A program made the translations under genes and the position numbers. Positions 29,823 through 37,360 of a stretch of DNA of 37,360 nucleotides are shown piece by piece. Under the pieces are notes generated by a model. That model was not told where the DNA came from, made no database searches, and saw only the letters and a program-made list of their open reading frames with translations. How positions within the stretch are numbered: position 1 is the first letter of the stretch; each line of letters starts with the position of its first letter. The DNA is from a virus. Taxonomy: Duplodnaviria > Heunggongvirae > Uroviricota > Caudoviricetes. Where the stretch lies: IMG/VR virus record IMGVR_UViG_2541047905_000010, one strand, 5' to 3'.

Positions 29823-30245
29823 ATGTTCCTGAAAACCGAATCATTTGAACATAACGGCGTGACCGTCACGCTTTCTGAACTGTCAGCCCTGCAGCGTATT
29901 GAGCATCTTGCCTGGTTGAAAGAGCAGGAAAAAAAGGCTGAATCCAGTGGCAACCTGCAGGTGTCTGTAGAGGCGCTTATCAGAGGCGGGGCGTTTCTGG
30001 TGGCGATGTCTCTGTGGCATAACCATCCACAGAAGACAAAGCTGCCGTCCATGAATGAAGCCATTACGCAGATTGAGCAGGAAGTGCTTACCACCTGGCC
30101 CACGGAGGCAATTGCTCAGGCTGAAAACGTGGTGTTACGTCTGTCCGGAATGTCTGAGTTTGTGGTGAATAATGCCCCTGAACAGGCAGAGGACGCCGGG
30201 CCTGCAGAGCCTGTTTCTGCGGGAAAGTGTTCGACGGTGAGCTGA
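29823..30245 (+). CDS. G: Tail assembly chaperone G (140 aa)
   Basis: 140-aa ORF ending ...PAEPVSAGKCSTVS with the slippery sequence near its 3' end. Confidence 0.95.
   Translation: MFLKTESFEHNGVTVTLSELSALQRIEHLAWLKEQEKKAESSGNLQVSVEALIRGGAFLVAMSLWHNHPQKTKLPSMNEAITQIEQEVLTTWPTEAIAQAENVVLRLSGMSEFVVNNAPEQAEDAGPAEPVSAGKCSTVS
30221..30227 (+). promoter_or_regulatory. Programmed -1 ribosomal frameshift slippery heptamer G GGA AAG (G to G-T fusion)
   Basis: GGGAAAG in the G frame 6 codons before the G stop; the T frame opens at 30227 in the -1 frame. Confidence 0.85.
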
Positions 30246-30661
30246 GTTTTGCCCTGAAACTGGCGCGTGAGATGGGGCGACCCGACTGGCGCGCCATGCT
30301 TGCCGGGATGTCATCCACGGAGTATGCCGACTGGCACCGCTTTTACAGTACCCATTATTTTCATGATGTTCTGCTGGATATGCACTTTTCCGGGCTGACG
30401 TACACCGTACTCAGCCTGTTTTTCAGCGATCCGGATATGCATCCGCTGGATTTCAGTCTGCTGAACCGGCGCGAGGCTGACGAAGAGCCTGAAGATGATG
30501 TGCTGATGCAGAAAGCGGCAGGGCTTGCCGGAGGCGTTCGTTTTGGCCCGGACGGGAATGAAGTTATCCCCGCTTCCCCGGATGTGGCGGACATGACGGA
30601 GGATGACGTAATGCTGATGACAGTATCAGAAGGGATCGCAGGAGGAGTCCGGTATGGCTGA
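30227..30661 (+). CDS. T: Tail assembly protein T (expressed as G-T frameshift fusion)
   Basis: 144-aa ORF in the -1 frame relative to G, overlapping the G 3' end. Confidence 0.9.
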   Translation: MFDGELSFALKLAREMGRPDWRAMLAGMSSTEYADWHRFYSTHYFHDVLLDMHFSGLTYTVLSLFFSDPDMHPLDFSLLNRREADEEPEDDVLMQKAAGLAGGVRFGPDGNEVIPASPDVADMTEDDVMLMTVSEGIAGGVRYG

Positions 30662-33209
30662 ACCGGTAGGCGATCTGGTCGTTGATTTGAGTCTGGATGC
30701 GGCCAGATTTGACGAGCAGATGGCCAGAGTCAGGCGTCATTTTTCCGGTACGGAAAGTGATGCGAAAAAAACAGCGGCAGTCGTTGAACAGTCGCTGAGC
30801 CGACAGGCGCTGGCTGCACAGAAAGCGGGGATTTCCGTCGGGCAGTATAAAGCCGCCATGCGTATGCTGCCTGCACAGTTCACCGACGTGGCCACGCAGC
30901 TTGCAGGCGGGCAAAGTCCGTGGCTGATCCTGCTGCAACAGGGTGGTCAGGTTAAGGACTCCTTCGGCGGGATGATCCCCATGTTCAGGGGGCTTGCCGG
31001 TGCGATCACCCTGCCGATGGTGGGGGCCACCTCGCTGGCGGTGGCGACCGGTGCGCTGGCGTATGCCTGGTATCAGGGCAACTCAACCCTGTCCGATTTC
31101 AACAAAACGCTGGTCCTTTCCGGCAATCAGGCGGGACTGACGGCAGATCGTATGCTGGTCCTGTCCAGAGCCGGGCAGGCGGCAGGGCTGACGTTTAACC
31201 AGACCAGCGAGTCACTCAGCGCACTGGTTAAGGCGGGGGTAAGCGGTGAGGCTCAGATTGCGTCCATCAGCCAGAGTGTGGCGCGTTTCTCCTCTGCATC
31301 CGGCGTGGAGGTGGACAAGGTCGCTGAAGCCTTCGGGAAGCTGACCACAGACCCGACGTCGGGGCTGACGGCGATGGCACGCCAGTTCCATAACGTGACG
31401 GCGGAGCAGATTGCGTATGTTGCTCAGTTGCAGCGTTCCGGCGATGAAGCCGGGGCATTGCAGGCGGCGAACGAGGCCGCAACGAAAGGGTTTGATGACC
31501 AGACCCGCCGCCTGAAAGAGAACATGGGCACGCTGGAGACCTGGGCAGACAGGACAGCGCGGGCATTCAAATCCATGTGGGATGCGGTGCTGGATATTGG
31601 TCGTCCTGATACCGCGCAGGAGATGCTGATTAAGGCAGAGGCTGCGTTTAAGAAAGCAGACGACATCTGGAATCTGCGCAAGGATGATTATTTTGTTAAC
31701 GATGAAGCGCGGGCGCGTTACTGGGATGATCGTGAAAAGGCCCGTCTTGCGCTTGAAGCCGCCCGAAAGAAGGCTGAGCAGCAGACTCAACAGGACAAAA
31801 ATGCGCAGCAGCAGAGCGATACCGAAGCGTCACGGCTGAAATATACCGAAGAGGCGCAGAAGGCTTACGAACGGCTGCAGACGCCGCTGGAGAAATATAC
31901 CGCCCGTCAGGAAGAACTGAACAAGGCACTGAAAGACGGGAAAATCCTGCAGGCGGATTACAACACGCTGATGGCGGCGGCGAAAAAGGATTATGAGTCG
32001 ACGCAGAAAAAGCCGTCCGGCGTGAAGGTGTCTGCGGGCGATCGTCAGGAAGACAGTGCTCATGCTGCCCTGCTGACGCTTCAGGCAGAACTCCGGACGC
32101 TGGAGAAGCATGCCGGAGCGAATGAGAAAATCAGCCAGCAGCGCCGGGATTTGTGGAAGGCAGAAAGTCAGTTCGCGGTACTGGAGGAGGCGGCACAACG
32201 TCGCCAGCTGTCCGCACAGGAGAAATCCCTGCTGGCGCATAAAGATGAGACGCTGGAGTACAAACGCCAGCTGGCTGCACTTGGCGATAAGGTCACGTAT
32301 CAGGAGCGCCTGAACGCGCTGGCGCAGCAAGCGGATAAATTCGCACAGCAGCAACGGGCAAAACGGGCCGCTATTGATGCGAAAAGCCGGGGGCTGACTG
32401 ACCGGCAGGCAGAACGGGAAGCCACGGAACAGCGCCTGAAGGAACAGTATGGCGATAATCCTCTGGCGCTGAATAACGTCATGTCAGAGCAGAAAAAGAC
32501 CTGGGCGGCTGAAGACCTGCTTCGCGGGAGCTGGATGGCAGGCCTCAGGTCCGGCTGGAGCGAGTGGAAAGAGAGTGCCACGGACAGTATGTTGCAGGTT
32601 AAAAGTGCAGCCACGCAGACCTTTGATGGTATTGCGCAGAATATGGCGGCGATGCTGACCGGCAGTGAGCAGAACTGGCGCAGCTTCACCCGTTCCGTGC
32701 TGTCCATGATGACAGAAATTCTGCTTAAGCAGGCAATGGTGGGGATTGTCGGGAGTATCGGCAGCGCCATTGGCGGTGCTGTTGGTGGCGGCGAATCCGC
32801 GTCAGGCGGTACAGCCATTCAGGCAGCTGCGGCGAAATTCCATTTTGCGACCGGAGGATTTACGGGAACCGGCGGCAAATATGAGCCAGCGGGGATTGTT
32901 CATCGTGGTGAATTTGTCTTCACGAAGGAGGCTACCAGCCGGATTGGTGTCGGCAACCTGTACCGCCTGATGCGGGGCTATGCGGAAGGTGGTTATGTGG
33001 GCGGTGCCGGAAGTCCGGCGCAGATGCGGCGGGCTGAAGGCATTAATTTTAATCAGAACAATCACGTGGTGATTCAGAACGACGGTACGAATGGTCTGCC
33101 AGGTCCACAGATGATGAAGGCAGTGTATGACATGGCCCGCAAGGGTGCCCGTGATGAAATTCAGACACAGATGCGTGATGGTGGCCTGTTCTCCGGAGGT
33201 GGACGATGA
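30654..33209 (+). CDS. H: Tail tape-measure protein H (851 aa)
   Basis: 851-aa Ala/Gln-rich coiled-coil protein at the tape-measure position. Confidence 0.96.
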   Translation: MAEPVGDLVVDLSLDAARFDEQMARVRRHFSGTESDAKKTAAVVEQSLSRQALAAQKAGISVGQYKAAMRMLPAQFTDVATQLAGGQSPWLILLQQGGQVKDSFGGMIPMFRGLAGAITLPMVGATSLAVATGALAYAWYQGNSTLSDFNKTLVLSGNQAGLTADRMLVLSRAGQAAGLTFNQTSESLSALVKAGVSGEAQIASISQSVARFSSASGVEVDKVAEAFGKLTTDPTSGLTAMARQFHNVTAEQIAYVAQLQRSGDEAGALQAANEAATKGFDDQTRRLKENMGTLETWADRTARAFKSMWDAVLDIGRPDTAQEMLIKAEAAFKKADDIWNLRKDDYFVNDEARARYWDDREKARLALEAARKKAEQQTQQDKNAQQQSDTEASRLKYTEEAQKAYERLQTPLEKYTARQEELNKALKDGKILQADYNTLMAAAKKDYESTQKKPSGVKVSAGDRQEDSAHAALLTLQAELRTLEKHAGANEKISQQRRDLWKAESQFAVLEEAAQRRQLSAQEKSLLAHKDETLEYKRQLAALGDKVTYQERLNALAQQADKFAQQQRAKRAAIDAKSRGLTDRQAEREATEQRLKEQYGDNPLALNNVMSEQKKTWAAEDLLRGSWMAGLRSGWSEWKESATDSMLQVKSAATQTFDGIAQNMAAMLTGSEQNWRSFTRSVLSMMTEILLKQAMVGIVGSIGSAIGGAVGGGESASGGTAIQAAAAKFHFATGGFTGTGGKYEPAGIVHRGEFVFTKEATSRIGVGNLYRLMRGYAEGGYVGGAGSPAQMRRAEGINFNQNNHVVIQNDGTNGLPGPQMMKAVYDMARKGARDEIQTQMRDGGLFSGGGR

Positions 33210-33535
33210 AAACCTTCCGCTGGAAAGTGAAACCCGGTATGGATGTGGCTTCGGCCCCTTCTGTAAGAAAGGTGCGCTTTGGTGATGGCTATTCCCAGCG
33301 AGCGCCTGCCGGGCTGAATGCCAACCTGAAAACGTACAGCGTGACGCTTTCTGTCCCCCGTGAGGAGGCCACGGTACTGGAGTCGTTTCTGGAAGAGCAC
33401 GGGGGCTGGAAAGCCTTTCTGTGGACGCCGCCTTATGAGTGGCGGCAGATAAAGGTGACCTGCGCAAAATGGTCGTCGCGGGTCAGTATGCTGCGTGTTG
33501 AGTTCAGCGCAGAGTTTGAACAGGTGGTGAACTGA
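33206..33535 (+). CDS. M: Tail tip protein M (109 aa)
   Basis: 109-aa ORF; lambda gpM. Confidence 0.95.
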   Translation: MKTFRWKVKPGMDVASAPSVRKVRFGDGYSQRAPAGLNANLKTYSVTLSVPREEATVLESFLEEHGGWKAFLWTPPYEWRQIKVTCAKWSSRVSMLRVEFSAEFEQVVN

Positions 33536-34233
33536 TGCAGGATATCCGGCAGGAAACACTGAATGAATGCACCCGTGCGGAGCAGTCGGCCAGCGTGGTG
33601 CTCTGGGAAATCGACCTGACAGAGGTCGGTGGAGAACGTTATTTTTTCTGTAATGAGCAGAACGAAAAAGGTGAGCCGGTCACCTGGCAGGGGCGACAGT
33701 ATCAGCCGTATCCCATTCAGGGGAGTGGTTTTGAACTGAATGGCAAAGGCACCAGTACGCGCCCCACGCTGACGGTTTCTAACCTGTACGGTATGGTCAC
33801 CGGTATGGTGGAAGATCTGCAGAGTCTGGTCGGCGGAACGGTGGTCCGGCGTAAGGTTTACGCCCGTTTTCTGGATGCGGTGAACTTCGTCAACGGAAAC
33901 AGTGACGCCGATCCGGAGCAGGAGGTGATCAGCCGCTGGCGCATCGAGCAGTGCAGCGAACTGAGCGCGGTGAGTGCCTCCTTTGTACTGTCCACGCCGA
34001 CGGAAACGGATGGCGCTGTTTTTCCGGGGCGTATCATGCTGGCCAACACCTGCACCTGGACCTATCGCGGCGATGAGTGCGGTTATCACGGTCCGGCAGT
34101 CGCTGATGAATATGACCAGCCGACGTCCGATATCACGAAGGATAAATGCAGCAAATGCCTGAGCGGCTGTAAGTTTCGCAATAACGTCGGCAATTTTGGC
34201 GGCTTCCTTTCCATTAACAAACTTTCGCAGTAA
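33535..34233 (+). CDS. L: Tail tip protein L (232 aa)
   Basis: 232-aa ORF; lambda gpL. Confidence 0.95.
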   Translation: MQDIRQETLNECTRAEQSASVVLWEIDLTEVGGERYFFCNEQNEKGEPVTWQGRQYQPYPIQGSGFELNGKGTSTRPTLTVSNLYGMVTGMVEDLQSLVGGTVVRRKVYARFLDAVNFVNGNSDADPEQEVISRWRIEQCSELSAVSASFVLSTPTETDGAVFPGRIMLANTCTWTYRGDECGYHGPAVADEYDQPTSDITKDKCSKCLSGCKFRNNVGNFGGFLSINKLSQ

Positions 34234-34238
34234 ATACC

Positions 34239-34982
34239 ATGACAGAGACAGAATCAGCGATTCTGGCGCACGCCCGGCGATGTGCGCCAGCGGAGTCGTG
34301 CGGCTTCGTGGTGAGAGCGCCGGAGGGGGAAAGATATTTTCCCTGCGTGAATATTTCCGGTGAGCCGGAGGATTATTTCCGGATGGCTCCGGAGGACTGG
34401 CTGCAGGCAGAGATGCAGGGTGAGATTGTGGCGCTGGTCCACAGCCACCCCGGTGGTCTGCCCTGGCTGAGTGAGGCTGACCGGCGGCTGCAGGTGCAGA
34501 GTGATTTGCCGTGGTGGCTGGTCTGCCGGGGGACGATTCATAAATTCCGCTGTGTGCCGCATCTCACCGGGCGGCGCTTTGAGCACGGGGTGACGGACTG
34601 TTACACGCTGTTCCGGGATGCTTATCATCTGGCGGGAATTGAGATGCCGGATTTTCATCGCGAGGATGACTGGTGGCGTCACGGTCAGAATCTCTATCTG
34701 GATAATCTGGAGGCCACAGGGCTGTATCAGGTGCCGTTGTCATCAGCACAACCGGGCGATGTGCTGCTGTGCTGTTTTGGTTCATCGGTGCCGAATCATG
34801 CCGCCATTTACTGTGGTGATGGCGAGCTGTTGCACCATATTCCTGAACAACTGAGCAAACGAGAGAGGTATACCGACAAATGGCAGCGACGCACACACTC
34901 CCTCTGGCGTCACCAGGCATGGCACGCATCTGCCTTTACGGGGATTTACAACGATTTGTCCGCCGCATCGATCTGCGTGTGA
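34239..34982 (+). CDS. K: Tail tip assembly protein K (MPN/JAMM + NlpC/P60 domains)
   Basis: JAMM motif HSHPGGLPWLSEAD and NlpC/P60 Cys...His (GVTDCYTLF ... HAAIYCGDGELLHH). Confidence 0.9.
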   Translation: MTETESAILAHARRCAPAESCGFVVRAPEGERYFPCVNISGEPEDYFRMAPEDWLQAEMQGEIVALVHSHPGGLPWLSEADRRLQVQSDLPWWLVCRGTIHKFRCVPHLTGRRFEHGVTDCYTLFRDAYHLAGIEMPDFHREDDWWRHGQNLYLDNLEATGLYQVPLSSAQPGDVLLCCFGSSVPNHAAIYCGDGELLHHIPEQLSKRERYTDKWQRRTHSLWRHQAWHASAFTGIYNDLSAASICV

Positions 34983-35521
34983 AAACGGGGGCCGAAGCCA
35001 TCCGGGCGCTGGCCATGCAGATCCCGGCGTTTCGTCAGAAGCTGAGCGACGGCTGGTATCAGGTACGCATTGCCGGGCGTGATACAGGTGAAACGGAATT
35101 ATCAGCCCGTCTGAATGAACCGCTGGCAAATGGTGCTGTGATCCATATCGTGCCGCGTCTGGCAGGAGCCAAAAGTGGCGGTGTGTTTCAGGCTGTGCTG
35201 GGGGCGGCTGTTATGGCGGTTGCTATATGGATGCCGGGGGTAGGAATTATGGCGAGTAATCTGCTGTTTTCTCTCGGTGCCAGTATGACGCTTGGCGGTG
35301 TTGCACAGATGCTGGCCCCTAAACCCAAAACCCCCCGCACACAGACAACGGATAACGGCAAACAGAACACCTATTTTTCTTCACTGGATAATATGGTTGC
35401 CCAGGGCAATGTTCTGCCCGTTCTGTACGGTGAAATGCGCGTGGGATCACGTGTGGTATCTCAGGAGATCAGCACAGCAGATGAAGGTGATGGTGGTCAG
35501 GTTGTGGTGATTGGTCGCTGA
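34880..35521 (+). CDS. I: Tail tip assembly protein I (213 aa)
   Basis: MAATHTLPLASPGMARICLYGDLQRF...GDGGQVVVIGR; overlaps the K 3' end. Confidence 0.93.
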   Translation: MAATHTLPLASPGMARICLYGDLQRFVRRIDLRVKTGAEAIRALAMQIPAFRQKLSDGWYQVRIAGRDTGETELSARLNEPLANGAVIHIVPRLAGAKSGGVFQAVLGAAVMAVAIWMPGVGIMASNLLFSLGASMTLGGVAQMLAPKPKTPRTQTTDNGKQNTYFSSLDNMVAQGNVLPVLYGEMRVGSRVVSQEISTADEGDGGQVVVIGR

Positions 35522-35539
35522 TGAAAAACGTTTTATGTG

Positions 35540-35560
35540 AAACCGCCTCCGGGCGGTTTT
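35540..35560 (+). terminator. Hairpin + U-tract between I and J (terminator-like or processing element)
   Basis: aaaccgcc-tccg-ggcggttt followed by tatcgtttat. Confidence 0.35.
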
Positions 35561-35581
35561 ATCGTTTATGGAGCATGACGA

Positions 35582-37360
35582 ATGGGTAAAGGCAGCAGTA
35601 AGGGGCATACCCCGCGCGAAGCGAAGGACAACCTGAAATCCACGCAGCTGCTGAGTGTGATTGATGCCATCAGCGAAGGGCCGATTGAAGGTCCGGTGGA
35701 TGGATTAAAAAGCGTGCTGCTGAACAGTACGCCGGTGCTGGACAGTGAGGGGAATACCAATATATCCGGCGTCACGGTGGTGTTCCGGGCAGGTGAGCAG
35801 GAGCAGTCACCGCCGGAGGGATTTGAATCCTCCGGCTCCGAGACGGTGCTGGGTACGGAAGTGAAATATGACACGCCGATCACCCGCACCATTACGTCGG
35901 CAAACATCGACCGTCTGCGCTTTACCTTCGGTGTACAGGCACTGGTGGAAACCACCTCAAAGGGTGACAGGAATCCGTCGGAAGTCCGTCTGCTGGTTCA
36001 GATACAGCGTAATGGTGGCTGGGTGACGGAAAAAGACATCACCATTAAGGGCAAAACCACCTCGCAGTATCTGGCCTCGGTGGTGGTGGGTAACCTGCCG
36101 CCGCGCCCGTTCAATATACGGATGCGCAGGATGACGCCGGACAGCACCACAGACCAGCTGCAGAACAAAACGCTCTGGTCGTCATACACCGAAATCATCG
36201 ATGTGAAACAGTGCTACCCGAACACGGCACTGGTCGGCGTGCAGGTGGATTCGGAGCAGTTCGGCAGCCAGCAGGTGAGCCGTAATTATCATCTGCGCGG
36301 GCGCATTCTGCAGGTGCCGTCGAACTATAACCCGCAGACGCGGCAATACAGCGGTATCTGGGACGGAACGTTTAAGCCAGCATACAGCAACAACATGGCC
36401 TGGTGTCTGTGGGATATGCTGACCCATCCGCGCTACGGCATGGGGAAACGTCTTGGTGCGGCGGATGTGGATAAATGGGCGCTGTATGTCATCGGCCAGT
36501 ACTGCGACCAGTCAGTGCCGGACGGCTTTGGCGGCACGGAGCCGCGCATCACCTGTAATGCGTACCTGACCACACAGCGCAAGGCGTGGGATGTGCTCAG
36601 TGATTTCTGCTCGGCGATGCGCTGTATGCCGGTATGGAACGGGCAGACGCTGACGTTCGTGCAGGACCGGCCATCAGATAAGGTGTGGACCTATAACCGC
36701 AGTAATGTGGTGATGCCGGATGATGGCGCGCCGTTCCGCTACAGCTTCAGCGCCCTGAAGGACCGCCATAATGCCGTTGAGGTGAACTGGATTGACCCGA
36801 ACAACGGCTGGGAGACGGCGACAGAGCTTGTGGAGGACACGCAGGCCATTGCCCGTTACGGTCGTAACGTCACGAAGATGGATGCTTTTGGCTGTACCAG
36901 CCGGGGGCAGGCACACCGCGCCGGGCTGTGGCTGATTAAAACAGAACTGCTGGAAACGCAGACCGTGGACTTCAGCGTGGGTGCCGAAGGGCTTCGCCAT
37001 GTACCGGGCGATGTCATTGAAATCTGCGATGATGACTATGCCGGTATCAGCACCGGCGGGCGCGTGCTGGCGGTAAACAGCCAGACCCGGACGCTGACGC
37101 TCGACCGTGAAATCACGCTGCCATCTTCCGGCACCACGCTGATAAGCCTGGTTGACGGGCAGGGGAGTCCGGTCAGCGTGGAGGTTCAGTCCGTCACCGA
37201 CGGCGTGAAGGTAAAAGTGAGCCGTGTTCCTGACGGTGTTGCTGAATACAGCGTATGGGGGCTGAAGCTGCCGACGCTGCGCCAGCGACTGTTCCGCTGC
37301 GTGAGTATCCGTGAGAACGACGACGGCACGTATGCCATCACCGCCGTGCAGCATGTGCCG
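35582..37360 (+). CDS. J: Tail tip/central fibre protein J (5' part; runs off the window end)
   Basis: MGKGSSKGHTPREAKDNLKSTQLLSVIDAISEGPIEGPVDG...; open frame to the window end; absent from the ORF track because no stop is reached. Confidence 0.95.
   Translation, partial: MGKGSSKGHTPREAKDNLKSTQLLSVIDAISEGPIEGPVDGLKSVLLNSTPVLDSEGNTNISGVTVVFRAGEQEQSPPEGFESSGSETVLGTEVKYDTPITRTITSANIDRLRFTFGVQALVETTSKGDRNPSEVRLLVQIQRNGGWVTEKDITIKGKTTSQYLASVVVGNLPPRPFNIRMRRMTPDSTTDQLQNKTLWSSYTEIIDVKQCYPNTALVGVQVDSEQFGSQQVSRNYHLRGRILQVPSNYNPQTRQYSGIWDGTFKPAYSNNMAWCLWDMLTHPRYGMGKRLGAADVDKWALYVIGQYCDQSVPDGFGGTEPRITCNAYLTTQRKAWDVLSDFCSAMRCMPVWNGQTLTFVQDRPSDKVWTYNRSNVVMPDDGAPFRYSFSALKDRHNAVEVNWIDPNNGWETATELVEDTQAIARYGRNVTKMDAFGCTSRGQAHRAGLWLIKTELLETQTVDFSVGAEGLRHVPGDVIEICDDDYAGISTGGRVLAVNSQTRTLTLDREITLPSSGTTLISLVDGQGSPVSVEVQSVTDGVKVKVSRVPDGVAEYSVWGLKLPTLRQRLFRCVSIRENDDGTYAITAVQHVP

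Noticed and set aside
30564-37354. Minus-strand ORFs antisense to the tail genes (for example 31212-31790, 31830-32354, 32300-32818, 32802-33467, 33433-34089, 34254-34682, 36674-37354)
   Set aside because: Same reasoning: they are embedded in H, M, L, K, I and J coding sequence on the opposite strand.

Overview
This window is the left junction and about 37 kb of a lambda-like (lambdoid) prophage of an enterobacterial host, integrated at the lambda attachment site; all assignments are by eye from the sequence and ORF track, with no database search run. Bases 1-46 are host DNA, followed by the att core (47-61) and the P' arm. Gene order is prophage-typical: int-xis, a leftward early accessory operon (Ea8.5-like, two unknown proteins, Ead/Ea22-like, TraR-like zinc finger, small ORFs), Red recombination (exo, bet, short-form gam), a non-lambda immunity region (lipoprotein, LexA-type repressor, Cro/YdaS-like, YdaT-like), replication genes O (with ori iterons), P and a truncated ren. 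Then comes an AT-rich island (secreted protein, a 630-bp ORF-free region, a small ORF split by a complete IS1 with 9-bp target duplication), a DLP12-like nin/rusA/Q module, an intact antisense NmpC/Lc-type porin, a phage-21-type lysis cassette, bor, cos, and lambda-like terminase, head and tail genes through a partial J. The most interesting unexplained parts are the two morons around the repressor, the ORF-free region between ren and ninB, and the unknown 191-aa/251-aa pair. Minus-strand ORFs inside the structural genes are treated as spurious.
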